A stretch of DNA of 64,000 bases from Candidatus Poseidoniaceae archaeon (GTDB lineage Archaea; Thermoplasmatota; Poseidoniia; Poseidoniales; Poseidoniaceae), in contig CALSRB010000002.1 in assembly GCA_943788655.1 (NCBI GenBank), positions 395,081 to 459,080 on the forward strand, given 5' to 3'. The notes beneath the pieces were generated by a model, which worked only from the letters and a program-made list of their open reading frames with translations, had not been told where the DNA came from and made no database searches. Below, piece after piece: positions 35,026 to 45,552 of the stretch. The translations under genes and the position numbers were made by a program. How positions within the stretch are numbered: the stretch's first letter is position 1; each line of letters starts with the position of its first letter.

Positions 35026-38000
35026 TCATTCAGTCCATTCGGACCATTCGGACTCATCCGGTTGGCGGTAGTACCAGGTGCCATTTTCATCTTCGGCCCA
35101 CTCAGTACCATCATCGTCCACGCGATGATCTGCCATCCACGATGTGTCCTCTTCGGGCTCCGTTTCAGGTTGCACCTCAGGCACAACCTTTGGCGCAGGC
35201 CCACTCGGCCCAGGTGCAGGACCAGTTGGGCCTGCAGCGCTCGGTGCGGGGCCACTCGGACCCTTTGCTGAACGTGACGGTGCTTCGTCTTCATAATCGT
35301 CTTCGTCATCATAGTCATCGTAGTCTGTGTCACCACCGCGAAGGGCGACAACCAACAGGCCTACAACAACGAGAGCGATGATGGCAACAAGCACTGCGCC
35401 AACATAATACAGCGGTCCGCCAGCCTTGAAGAAACCTCCAACGTTCCCTGTGACTTCAAATTCAATGGATTCAGAGACTTTACCAGATGTTACGGTCACG
35501 GTTTGTGAGCCGCTGTCAAGGGTCACGACCTTCCAGACACCTTGGCCTTGGGCCAAGACTTCTGCTCGACCGGTCGAATCCACGTTTGTGCTCGCAGGAA
35601 CCGGTATTGGGTTGTCATAGGCATCGAAGGCCGAGACAGTCACTGTGAATGTTCCCAATTGGTCAACAGTGGTTTCAGAAAGCACCACGAGAATGGAACT
35701 GACCGTTCGCTGAGCGGCCACTGAGAGTTCAAGACTGCCTGTGGCTTGACCCGTGCTGAACTCAAGTGAATGTGTGCCTGCAGTTCGAGCGAAGTAGGCA
35801 TAGCTTCCTTCTTCTGTGCCGGCCGACATGTCGTCAACACCGCTGTTGTTCTCCGTCCACTCAACGGTCTGTGGGAAGGTGTTTCCGTCAGCATCTGTAC
35901 CTGTGATCTGAATCGAAATTTCCTTGCCAGCATCTTGAGCCAATGTGTCAACTGTTGAGGCCACACTGACAGCAACACCGTGCAGGACAGTCACTGTAAC
36001 TTCGTCACTGATGTTGTACCCTGCGTTGCTGATTGCATACCCTGCAATGGTGTAGTTTCCTACGCTGGTGGCCTGCCAACGCATGTTAGCAGCAACAAGG
36101 CTCGATGTGATGTCTGTTGTTTCTTGAGTTTCAGCGTTGATGAGCACCCACGTCAACAGACTTGCGTCGATTGCGTTGGTGTCCAGATCTGCAAGGTTTG
36201 CAGAGAAATCGATGTATTCATCGGCAGTCAGCGAGAATGCCTCGCCAGATGTGCCGTCTGAAGCGATGGCGGACACCGTTGTGGAGATGAGGTCACCTTG
36301 GCTGACTTCGACAAACAAGCTGACTTCATGGACCATTGAACCGTCGTCATACACTGCGAAAATCGTGTAAGCAGTCGTCGATGATTCGAACGGTTGGAAG
36401 GTCACTTCGTCGTTGCCGATGTCCGCCCCTTCAAGGATGGACTGGTCGCTCCATGTTGCGTGAACAAGCGTCCAGTTGGCATCAATCGACCAGCGGTTGC
36501 CCTTTTGGTCGGTTGCCTTCACATTCACGTCGAGTGAATCATCAGCGGTCAGTTGGAATGTATCGCCGACAGAATCGACGTTCTCAACAACCAACACGAG
36601 CGTAACGATTGCACCTTGCTCAACAGTGATTGAGACCTGGGTCGTTTTGTCCTCATACTTGGCTTCGAGTATTTTCTGACCTCGAGAAATTGGGTCCCAT
36701 ATCGCAGGTCCTCCAGGAGTCAAGATACCGTCTGAAGTCTTGGTCCAGTTCTGACTTGGCAAGAACACAGGTAGGCGATTGCCGCGCACGTCAATGCGAG
36801 TGGTGTTGATGTAAATTCGGTCATCTGCCGTGATTGCGGTTGCGGAAAGATCGAGTTCGAGGCTGTCCATTGCGCCGTGCCCGACGGTGATCAACAACTG
36901 GCCTGCAGCACCGCTGGTTGAGGTAAGGTTCAACCACCAAACGCCAACATGGTCAGGGAAGTATTCGCTGTTCTCTGTGCTGTAGTTTCCATTTCCGACC
37001 GTCCATGTGAGCGAACCTGCTTCGGTCACGTCTTGTATTTCATTCCCAAATTGGTCATACAATGTGTGCGTAATCGAACACCAAACACCAGCTGGTACGG
37101 TGCCGGAGCACCCTTCGAGGGTGAATGATGACGCAACACCGGTCATAACCAATACTTGGACGGTGACCGACTGGCCATTCCAGCGCACGTCAATGCTTTG
37201 CAGCCCAGTCGCATAAGGAAGGAACAAGTTCGGCTGAGCGAGATCCATGCTACCGTTCGTTGGGGTGAACGAGATGGCCTGGTTGGGAACTGCATTGCCA
37301 AACTGATCGACCACTTGCGCGTTGATTGTCAGCGTGTCGTCGGCGGTGATTTCGGTGGCAGATCCGGTTGCAATCAATGTTGTTGGCGCACCAGGCGTAA
37401 CCGTGACAATCTCGATTGAGCAAACCAATCCAAAGCAAGCAGAAACAGTGTGCTGTCCTGATGCATATGGGGTGAAAACACCGGTTGTGGAAATGCTACC
37501 ATTTGATGCTGACCAGATAATTGGAGCACTAACTGGCATCGAGAGGTGGTCATAGGCAACATAGCTGAAGGAAATTGGATTATCCGCTGACGTCGTAGGT
37601 GCCGTAGGCGTGATGTCAACACTGTTGACGTCGGTATGGTTCAACAGAATCATTGGCCGGTTTGCCGCTTGCCCAACTAAGGATTCGCTGGCGATGAAAT
37701 TCGCCATCATATCGCCACGGTTAGGTGTTCCAATAATGATCCAAGCGTTGTCATTGTCAATGAGCATACCTTGCGCACCAATGTCAAACCAAATCCAGCG
37801 GTTGTCGCTGAGGTCGGTTTCCACGAACGAAGAAACAGGTGTTGCTTCGTAATCAACACCGGCTTGCATGCCACTTGCACCCCACGAAACGCCTGTGGAT
37901 GCATTGTTCCACGTGGAGCCAGATTGACTCCACTGAGCGTTGGTGATCCGGTGAACATCAAAGGTCATCGCGTTGGCTCCACCGGCAGTAGTCCATGAAT

Positions 38001-41000
38001 CCACATAGAGTCCAAGGCTTGCAGAATGGATGCTAGCATGAGCAGGCAACGGCACTTGTCCATTGTTGAGTGCAAAGGTCATGTACGCCCTCTGACCGCT
38101 GAATTGTCCAAAGTAGGTGCCAACTTCAATGATGTCGGCGTCACCGAAGTTTTCGTCTGCATCCGCTTCGCTGAGGTGAGTTTCGCGAATGTTGGTATGG
38201 CCGAATTGAGTCACTTCATTTCCGGTTTGGAAGGTGTAACTGAAGGTAAGATCGCCATTGTCGACATGGTCAGGGTTGCCAATGGCAAAGGACCAGCGAG
38301 AAGAGGAAGGTCCCGGTATCGACTGATTGACACCTTGAACCCACCATTGGAACACTTCACCAGTGTCCAGCGTACCGGGGAATCTGAAGGTCGTTCCAAT
38401 GAAAGCGTTCATTGATTCCCATGAGCGGTACTTGTAAACTCCAGATTGGTTGGCAATGGTGACAATATAGCCGGTTGCACCAGTTGATTGTGCCCAAGAG
38501 AGAATTGGTGTCCCGTCCGGCTGGAGCACTGCACCGCTGGTGTTGTACAACACTTCACCATCTGATGGGTAGGTGAGCGTCGGTTGCGATGGCGGCGTGA
38601 TGCCATCGACGTTATCGATGTACTCAACCACCAAACGAGGTCGGAGGGTTTCGTTCACGTACTCTGAGGAGTAGAACTGATGGTTCGTGTAAGGCGTACC
38701 AACAACTTCGAGCATGATGGTCATGGTCATGTTGTTGCTTGCTACATTGCTTTGTGCTAAACTCGTGAGGTCCCATTCAAGCCATCCGCTTGATGGATTG
38801 AGAGTGAGCGTCGAACGTGTGATTTCGGTGGTCGAACATGATGGCGTGTTGTTCCATGTCACTGTTGATTGAGAGAATTGAGAGCAAGCGTAAGCAGACA
38901 CCGTTGTCGCAGAGGTTCCCACGACGTTGTATCGGTACAAGTTAAGCAGCATCGAAGTCGGTGTCATGGCTGCTGGCCATGGCATGGTGCTGAGATCGAA
39001 TTCGATCAAAATACTGCTTTGTCCCGACCCAGAACTCGAGGTGCCAAGGTTGAGCGTTTGTGACGAGCCCATGTTCGAAGAGACAGTGGACGAAATTTCT
39101 GCATCTGGGACAGTTGGCATTAATCCGGTGTCTTCGAAAATCGAGCCACGGTAGAGACTGATGGATTGGTTGCCGTCACCATCGTCATAACCTTGGTTCT
39201 CAGGGATTCTAAACTTCTGAACTGCAGACCATTGACCGATTCTCCCATCTTGATCTGCACGAACGCGCCAGTGGTTCCAGAAATCGCCCTTCGTGAGGTT
39301 CGTATCCGTCATAGTGAGGTTGGTTGGATCCCAAGTTGTGTCTGGCCAAACGCCATCTGCGGCTGAGCCAGAGTCCCAGCATTCCAAATCTTGGACCATT
39401 CTCGGCTCGCTTGCGCCGCAGAGCAACCATTGAGTTTCGTTGGTTTGTGAAGAGGTCCAATTTGCATGGACTTCATCGGCGCCACTTGGTCTGGTGGCAG
39501 AGAGGTTCCATAGGGTCGCTCCATCTGCAGGCAGCATGTTGTATGGTGCAGAGGGAACCCATGCTGTGGTCGTATCATAGGTGAAGGAAAGAAGCGGTCG
39601 ATCGGTTCGAACTGTGTTTTCACTGCTTGCGATGTAGTACACGCCGTCAACGGTGCCATCGATTTCTTCGGCTTGAACCAGAATGTCCAAACTTTCCTGC
39701 CCACGAAGAATAGCATGTTGAAGCATGGCGGTCACGTTGACTTCGTAGACGCTCGTAGTGTTCATCCAGAACCCAGCGGTTTCTGGAATCTGTGAATCTG
39801 CGGAGTGGTATGCGCCTGTTCCAATCCATGAGGTCGTGTTGTTTCCAGGGTGAGCCCATGAAGACGCTTCGTCCCAGGAAGAAATCATTTCTGAAACTGT
39901 GACAAACACCTCTCCGTTTCCATTGACAGCTGTAAGCTGCAACGACGCATTCTCAATCTCATACACTGATGGCAATGGTACGGTACTGAAATCAATCGAA
40001 AGGAGGGTCGAGGAGCGCAAGGTGCTGCTCTGGGGGCTCCGTCCAACCGAGAGGTAGGCGTTCGCGCCGTTGTTTGCTTGGGAGTTGCCTTGGTCGATTG
40101 AAGTATCAATCGTCACTGATGGATAATTGAGGTCTGCGACCATGTTTCCATCCTGAACGGAGAGCCAGGCATGCGTTGAATCGACTTCACCAGAAACCAC
40201 ATCAGGAATGTAGAACACAGTGGAGACGCTTTGTGGGCCAATCATACCCGAGTCGATTGGTTGCACAGTCCAACGAACCGTTTGCACGTCTATATCAGAT
40301 GGTGGCGTGAATTCCAAAGCGTTGAGATCGAACGCCGAGGATGTGACACGGGAGTCGTACACGGTGCGTCCAGCCATGTCATCGTCTGCATCTGCAAACA
40401 GGATGACGCGCCAGGCAGCTGGTGCGTTCACGCTGCTTGGAAGCGTCCAAGACAGGACGGGGGCGTAATCTGGAAGGACTGCGTGGCTGGTTGCGTCCCA
40501 CATGATTGAGCCGTTGCTCGGGCCAGCGTTTGTAGCAGCAGTGCTTGGCACAGCGGCGGTTCCGTTGGTCCATGTGAGGTTTAACCATGGCCGGTTCGAA
40601 GACAGTCCTTCAGAGGTGGTGAAGGTGATGAGGTTCGCGCCGTTCGACCAAGAGGTGATTTCGTTGGAGGCATACACCATGAGCGAGAGGGAGGAAGCAC
40701 CGGAGTCAAGCGCTGCTTGCACGGCCTCAGTGACATCCCAAGACATCCAATCTGCACTCACAGACATTTGCAAATCCACGTATTGGCCCACGTCAACACC
40801 AATGTCCCGACCTGCTAATGCTGACCAGTTGTTTGTGCCGTCGTAGGTCACATCGTTTGCTGCACCCGTCCAATTTTGCAAGACTGGGCGCACGGCAAGT
40901 GGTTCACCGGTTGGGGAACTGAACTCTGAATAGAGGTTGAGGGCTGCATCCGTAACTCGAGCGTTGGCTGGCTGTGGCACTGCGTTGAGCGGAATGCGGA

Positions 41001-44000
41001 TCAGAGAGGCTGCTTGGCGATTGAAGCCGATTGCACCGACCTTCATCTGCGTGTCATTTTCATGTGACGATGAAGACCCTGAACCGGCCTCAAAGACATA
41101 GGTGTCTTCGAAGTTTGGAAGGTTTAGTGCTGGCATAGCCTCACGGTGATGAAGTTCGACTGCAGCGCACGAGCCATCAGGACATGTTTGCCAAGTTGTG
41201 AGGTCAGGGAGCAAGAAATGGAAACTGTTCGACCAGTTACCAATTTGGTTGGTAGCGGAAATCGCACGGACTCTCCAGTGCCATGTCACGCCCTTATCCA
41301 GAGCGGTTGTCGGCGTGTATGTGTTGTTGCCCAAATCGAAGCCCGCATCATTCCAAGACGTGGAGACCTGCAAATTCGATGAGTCAAAAGTGGGCGTTGT
41401 ATCCAATTGGACGGCCCATCCTCCAACACTCAAATTGCTGTTGAAATTCCATGCGAGTGTCGGCTGATCAAGCGGTGTCAAATCGACTCCTGAGCCAAGC
41501 GCCCACGAACCGTTGAGTGGCAATGTTGGAACTGGGTCGTTTGGAACTGCGTTGGAACCTGGCACATAGACAAAGGTCAACTCAGGGCGAACCGAGACAG
41601 CACCGCTTCCAGGGTACAATTGAACATCCCGAGTTTGACCGGTTCCCACGCCGAGGACACCAATCATGAAGTCAGCACTGCGGTTGTTGCGCATGGCGTT
41701 TTGGACGCCGAGGGTGACGTTCCACTCGACGGTGGAACCCGAAGAGTATGCATTGTTGAGGCTCACTGAATCAAGCAAGGAGCCACGCTCGGTTCCTTTT
41801 GCACCGGCCATGCCCCAATTGTTCACACCGTCATAGGTGGTCCATGTTGCACCGTCGGCCGTCCAGTTGGCGAGGTTGTTTTCCCAAACAGCGAGGGTTG
41901 GGGCGTTGAATGGGTTGCTTCCGAGCGTGAATTCCAAGTTGGCCGATTCAACTGCGTAGCCCGCTGGGAGCAGATTGGATTGCAAATCACACCGCATGAG
42001 GGCGATTGATTCGCTTGGGTAGGTGTTGTATGACACGAACAATTTCGACTCATCATCGTAATTCTGGTTTGGCGTTCCACTGTCGATGTATGTGTCGTCG
42101 CATGCTGGGTAAAGGCCATCGTTTGTTCCGTTCCCATTGCTCATTCTGAACTCATATCGATCGCCACCAAGCCATGTGGACTCGGAGGCACTGACAAGGA
42201 AATTCGAGGTGCTCCATGCACCGTATCGTCCATCCGCATCAAGGTGAGCCATTCGCCAGAAATACATGTTTCCAGTCGACAAAGCGTTCACTCCAGTCAT
42301 GTTGAACACTCCATCGCCTGCTGCAAACGCGCTGCTCAGGTCGGTCGTTGTGTCCCAAACACGGTCCCGGAATTGCTCATCAGTTGCCATTTGGAACGCT
42401 AATTCATACGAGCCAGATGTGGACCCGTCCCATTCCAAGGATGGCGTGGTGTTCGCAGAGAAGTTGTGGCCGCTTTGGTTCCAGACTGCAGCGCCTTGGG
42501 CAGGTTCAAGCAAACTGACAGAAGGAAGGCTTGTGCCACTTCCCCAAGCGTAGGTAATGCTCACAGATGGTTGGTCAGCATCCACTGCAGCTTCCGAGGA
42601 ATGGAAAATCGTCGAGAGGGTGCCGGTGCTGGAGTAGTCGCCATGTTCACCTCGTGCGACAATGATGTAATCGGCGGGCTCGTTAGAGGAGGAGTCAAGC
42701 CACGATTGGAGGCTGGCAGTGAATCCAAACTGGAACCTTGAGGCGGTTTGTGAACTGTTGATGCCTGTTGCAGTTGCACTTGAGGAGAAGGCACGGCCGC
42801 CATCTTCCCAATCGTTGCCATTCCCGTTTGAGCCTCGATTCCATGTGAGTTCATCCTCAATCCAGATGTTTGATTCCATTTCATGCATTGAAAGCATGGA
42901 CGAGCCTGAGTTTGATTGGCGTTGGAGTTCGACATTTGCATCAAGGATGGTGGCGTTTGCTGGAAGACCAAGCGCGCCAAGGTCCATCCGGAAATGAATG
43001 ATTGATTCTTTGTTAGAAGTGAGTGTGGAAACCAGTGTGGCTTGATCACCATACTTTGTGTTCCGGCTGAGTTGGTTGGCGTAGGCATCTTCGATGAAAG
43101 CATTGGGAAGGCCAAGGTCATCAACGAACACCTCAATCGTTGCTGTGTTGTCCCCGTTATCGGTGACATCGTGAGCAGGAAGGAGGAAGGATTCGGTTGA
43201 CCAAGAACTCAAGGTGCTTGTCGTATCCATCGAACGATAACGGTAGTGAACCAATGTACCATTGTCAAATTGTTCACTTGCAGGCACTTGGTAAGAACCA
43301 GAAGTCGAGGTGGTTGTGAATGAATTCCACATGTTTGAATAATGCCATTCGAGATCGAGCTCAGTCTTGAATTCTGAATCGAGCGAGAATTGGTATTCAA
43401 CGGCTTCACCTGAAAGTGAATCGTAGGTAATCATCGGAGCACGAGCCGCTGTGAGGATGAAATCACCCGTCATTAACGCATGGCCATCCTCTGCAAAGGT
43501 GGACTCCATTGAGCCGCCAGATCCTGCGGCAGTGCTCGACGAATCAATCGTAAGCGTCGGGCGATTGTTGGGGTTGGAACTTTCGAGCAACTCGCACGTG
43601 TACATTGCACCAGTTCCTGCAACCAACAAATTGAGTTCGCTCTCGCCGTTTGCGGCAGCTGCTTGAGCATGTGCGGTCACATTGAGACTGAATGTTCCGT
43701 TCGCGGCGGTCCGGAAAGGAGGCTCCCAGGCCCCTCGGTCACTGAGACCATCGGCGCCTTGCCCGTCCCATGGAGCGTTTGAATCGCTCTGCATCCATGT
43801 TGCTTCCGAATCGTTCCAAGAAGCAACACCTGCAGTGTAGACATTGATCTGTGTCATTGATACGGAATCAGTTGTGCAGACAAGGTCAAGTGTAGCAGAT
43901 TGGATCGAGGAGGAGGAGGTCAGATTCAAGGGGAAGGTGAAGAGAAGGCGACTTTCCTCGGAAAACTCCGAAATGCCAACGTCACCGGAAACAGATTGGT

Positions 44001-44232
44001 TACCGATGGTGTTTGGATTGGTATCCGAGATAACGGAATCGAAGGTAGGCGCATCGACGGTCGTCACGCTGTAAACGATGGACTGGTCGTCAAGAGCAGG
44101 TTGATTTGGCACAGCACTGGGCACCAATAGATCGGCAAGAAGGAACATCATCACAAGAAGAAGTGCCGTTGAGGTTCGACGGGTTTCTGACGCGGTACGC
44201 ATGGGACTCGATGGCCTCTCTGCCTGCGCCAT
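35026..44232 (-). CDS. Giant cell-surface protein (about 3070 aa, 9.2-kb gene): signal peptide, dozens of beta-rich/Ig-like modules, C-terminal TM anchor, acidic/Pro-rich cytoplasmic tail ending in a WW-like motif
   Basis: Start moved to an internal Met (MAQAERPSSPMRTASETRRTSTALLLVMMFLLADLL is the signal peptide; the ORF-track start 44475 would overlap rfcS). TM VGAVLVAIIALVVVGLLVVAL; tail DYDDYDDEDDYEDE, (PSGPA)n, ...GTEWAEDENGTWYYRQPDESEWSEWTE. Confidence 0.8.
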   Translation of the reverse strand: MAQAERPSSPMRTASETRRTSTALLLVMMFLLADLLVPSAVPNQPALDDQSIVYSVTTVDAPTFDSVISDTNPNTIGNQSVSGDVGISEFSEESRLLFTFPLNLTSSSSIQSATLDLVCTTDSVSMTQINVYTAGVASWNDSEATWMQSDSNAPWDGQGADGLSDRGAWEPPFRTAANGTFSLNVTAHAQAAAANGESELNLLVAGTGAMYTCELLESSNPNNRPTLTIDSSSTAAGSGGSMESTFAEDGHALMTGDFILTAARAPMITYDSLSGEAVEYQFSLDSEFKTELDLEWHYSNMWNSFTTTSTSGSYQVPASEQFDNGTLVHYRYRSMDTTSTLSSWSTESFLLPAHDVTDNGDNTATIEVFVDDLGLPNAFIEDAYANQLSRNTKYGDQATLVSTLTSNKESIIHFRMDLGALGLPANATILDANVELQRQSNSGSSMLSMHEMESNIWIEDELTWNRGSNGNGNDWEDGGRAFSSSATATGINSSQTASRFQFGFTASLQSWLDSSSNEPADYIIVARGEHGDYSSTGTLSTIFHSSEAAVDADQPSVSITYAWGSGTSLPSVSLLEPAQGAAVWNQSGHNFSANTTPSLEWDGSTSGSYELAFQMATDEQFRDRVWDTTTDLSSAFAAGDGVFNMTGVNALSTGNMYFWRMAHLDADGRYGAWSTSNFLVSASESTWLGGDRYEFRMSNGNGTNDGLYPACDDTYIDSGTPNQNYDDESKLFVSYNTYPSESIALMRCDLQSNLLPAGYAVESANLEFTLGSNPFNAPTLAVWENNLANWTADGATWTTYDGVNNWGMAGAKGTERGSLLDSVSLNNAYSSGSTVEWNVTLGVQNAMRNNRSADFMIGVLGVGTGQTRDVQLYPGSGAVSVRPELTFVYVPGSNAVPNDPVPTLPLNGSWALGSGVDLTPLDQPTLAWNFNSNLSVGGWAVQLDTTPTFDSSNLQVSTSWNDAGFDLGNNTYTPTTALDKGVTWHWRVRAISATNQIGNWSNSFHFLLPDLTTWQTCPDGSCAAVELHHREAMPALNLPNFEDTYVFEAGSGSSSSHENDTQMKVGAIGFNRQAASLIRIPLNAVPQPANARVTDAALNLYSEFSSPTGEPLAVRPVLQNWTGAANDVTYDGTNNWSALAGRDIGVDVGQYVDLQMSVSADWMSWDVTEAVQAALDSGASSLSLMVYASNEITSWSNGANLITFTTSEGLSSNRPWLNLTWTNGTAAVPSTAATNAGPSNGSIMWDATSHAVLPDYAPVLSWTLPSSVNAPAAWRVILFADADDDMAGRTVYDSRVTSSAFDLNALEFTPPSDIDVQTVRWTVQPIDSGMIGPQSVSTVFYIPDVVSGEVDSTHAWLSVQDGNMVADLNYPSVTIDTSIDQGNSQANNGANAYLSVGRSPQSSTLRSSTLLSIDFSTVPLPSVYEIENASLQLTAVNGNGEVFVTVSEMISSWDEASSWAHPGNNTTSWIGTGAYHSADSQIPETAGFWMNTTSVYEVNVTAMLQHAILRGQESLDILVQAEEIDGTVDGVYYIASSENTVRTDRPLLSFTYDTTTAWVPSAPYNMLPADGATLWNLSATRPSGADEVHANWTSSQTNETQWLLCGASEPRMVQDLECWDSGSAADGVWPDTTWDPTNLTMTDTNLTKGDFWNHWRVRADQDGRIGQWSAVQKFRIPENQGYDDGDGNQSISLYRGSIFEDTGLMPTVPDAEISSTVSSNMGSSQTLNLGTSSSGSGQSSILIEFDLSTMPWPAAMTPTSMLLNLYRYNVVGTSATTVSAYACSQFSQSTVTWNNTPSCSTTEITRSTLTLNPSSGWLEWDLTSLAQSNVASNNMTMTIMLEVVGTPYTNHQFYSSEYVNETLRPRLVVEYIDNVDGITPPSQPTLTYPSDGEVLYNTSGAVLQPDGTPILSWAQSTGATGYIVTIANQSGVYKYRSWESMNAFIGTTFRFPGTLDTGEVFQWWVQGVNQSIPGPSSSRWSFAIGNPDHVDNGDLTFSYTFQTGNEVTQFGHTNIRETHLSEADADENFGDADIIEVGTYFGQFSGQRAYMTFALNNGQVPLPAHASIHSASLGLYVDSWTTAGGANAMTFDVHRITNAQWSQSGSTWNNASTGVSWGASGMQAGVDYEATPVSSFVETDLSDNRWIWFDIGAQGMLIDNDNAWIIIGTPNRGDMMANFIASESLVGQAANRPMILLNHTDVNSVDITPTAPTTSADNPISFSYVAYDHLSMPVSAPIIWSASNGSISTTGVFTPYASGQHTVSACFGLVCSIEIVTVTPGAPTTLIATGSATEITADDTLTINAQVVDQFGNAVPNQAISFTPTNGSMDLAQPNLFLPYATGLQSIDVRWNGQSVTVQVLVMTGVASSFTLEGCSGTVPAGVWCSITHTLYDQFGNEIQDVTEAGSLTWTVGNGNYSTENSEYFPDHVGVWWLNLTSTSGAAGQLLITVGHGAMDSLELDLSATAITADDRIYINTTRIDVRGNRLPVFLPSQNWTKTSDGILTPGGPAIWDPISRGQKILEAKYEDKTTQVSITVEQGAIVTLVLVVENVDSVGDTFQLTADDSLDVNVKATDQKGNRWSIDANWTLVHATWSDQSILEGADIGNDEVTFQPFESSTTAYTIFAVYDDGSMVHEVSLFVEVSQGDLISTTVSAIASDGTSGEAFSLTADEYIDFSANLADLDTNAIDASLLTWVLINAETQETTDITSSLVAANMRWQATSVGNYTIAGYAISNAGYNISDEVTVTVLHGVAVSVASTVDTLAQDAGKEISIQITGTDADGNTFPQTVEWTENNSGVDDMSAGTEEGSYAYFARTAGTHSLEFSTGQATGSLELSVAAQRTVSSILVVLSETTVDQLGTFTVTVSAFDAYDNPIPVPASTNVDSTGRAEVLAQGQGVWKVVTLDSGSQTVTVTSGKVSESIEFEVTGNVGGFFKAGGPLYYVGAVLVAIIALVVVGLLVVALRGGDTDYDDYDDEDDYEDEAPSRSAKGPSGPAPSAAGPTGPAPGPSGPAPKVVPEVQPETEPEEDTSWMADHRVDDDGTEWAEDENGTWYYRQPDESEWSEWTE

Positions 44233-44361
44233 ATACTGTCTTTTCGCTTGAATGTCATTCAAACAACCATCTAGTTCAATTCCATTTGACTGAATTCCGC
44301 CCAAAAATTTCCGTTGTTTGAAGGGCCAATGTTGAAGGGCGCTCGCCGTCAAGAGGGACCC

Positions 44362-45315
44362 ATGAGCGAACTCTGGGTTGAGCGTCACAGGCCACAGGCC
44401 GTGAGTGAAATTCGTGGCCAACATGCCGTTGTTCAACGCTTGGCAGTCTATTCCGAAAAGAAGGAATTCCCTCATCTGTTGTTCGCCGGCCCCCCTGGCA
44501 CTGGAAAAACAACTGCAGCGATGGCTCTGACCAAGGATGTCTTTGGCGAGGAGTACCGCAGAAACCTGCTCGAGATGAACGCATCAGATGAGCGAAAACT
44601 CGAAAGCATCCGAACCAAGGTAAAGCAATTCGCACGGACCTCACCCTACGGTGGGGCCCAATTCAAGATCATCTTCCTTGACGAAGCTGATGCGCTGACC
44701 AATGATGCTCAAGGCGCCCTTCGCCGCATTATGGAGCAGTACGCTGAAACCTGCAGGTTCATCCTTTCTTGCAACTACTCGTCCAAAATCATCGAACCCA
44801 TCCAATCAAGGTGCGCTGTGTTTCGATTCAGACCATTGTCTGATGCTGATGTGAACGCTCAGATCCACAATGTAGCGGAACTCGAAGGTGTTACCCTCGA
44901 AGATGATGCAGGTGACGCATTGACCCGCATTTCTCAAGGTGATTTACGCAAAGCCCTGACAGGGCTACAAGTTGCATCTGCCATCAACATGCACATCACA
45001 CGAGATTTGATCTACGAAACATCGGCTACCGCTCCACCTGAAGCCTTGCATCAGTATTTGATGGCGTGCAGGGATGACGGATTCCATGCCGCACGCCGAA
45101 GGCTACGAGAACTTCTTGATCGCTACGGACTCGCTGGAACTGATTTTGTGAATCAATTGCACAGGGAACTCTATACTGCTGATTTTCTGAATGAGGATGC
45201 GAAGCTTGACCTCACCGAATGGATGGCAGAAGTCGAGTACCGTCTGGTCGAAGGTGGGGGGGAGCAAATACAACTCGATGCGCTCACGGCACGACTTGTG
45301 ACGCACCTTCGTTAA
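44362..45315 (+). CDS. rfcS: Replication factor C small subunit
   Basis: LWVERHRP...GPPGTGKTT Walker A, DEAD box FLDEADAL, SRC motif (QSRCAVFRF); start at the Met matching the RFC N-terminus. Confidence 0.9.
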   Translation: MSELWVERHRPQAVSEIRGQHAVVQRLAVYSEKKEFPHLLFAGPPGTGKTTAAMALTKDVFGEEYRRNLLEMNASDERKLESIRTKVKQFARTSPYGGAQFKIIFLDEADALTNDAQGALRRIMEQYAETCRFILSCNYSSKIIEPIQSRCAVFRFRPLSDADVNAQIHNVAELEGVTLEDDAGDALTRISQGDLRKALTGLQVASAINMHITRDLIYETSATAPPEALHQYLMACRDDGFHAARRRLRELLDRYGLAGTDFVNQLHRELYTADFLNEDAKLDLTEWMAEVEYRLVEGGGEQIQLDALTARLVTHLR

Positions 45316-45326
45316 TTTCACTTTCA

Positions 45327-45336
45327 CTTTTTTCTT
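45327..45336 (+). terminator. Oligo-T tract (cttttttctt) 12 nt after the rfcS stop, followed by hairpin GGGTC-n8-GACCC (45358-45375)
   Basis: Archaeal intrinsic terminators are oligo-T runs; convergent gene arrangement. Confidence 0.35.
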
Positions 45337-45552
45337 GAAGGGTCAATGAAAACAACAGGGTCGGTACGCTGACCCAAAGACATGAACACAACCACAGCCC
45401 GCCTCAACGATGCCCTTTGTTGGACGCCGCTCGCCCCATTGATACGGGCGGCCCGCAGGTACAGGATCGGACGACGTACCCGTGAACAGAGCGATGTTCA
45501 CAGGATTTCTGTGTTGTTGAGTTCAATCATGCTCGCTCATGGCGACATGCTC

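Noticed and set aside
44233-44475. ORF-track start of the giant protein at 44475 and of rfcS at 44314
   Set aside because: The long forms would overlap each other divergently. The internal Mets (44232 for the giant, whose signal peptide starts there, and 44362 for RFC, matching the RFC N-terminus) leave a sensible 129-nt divergent promoter region.
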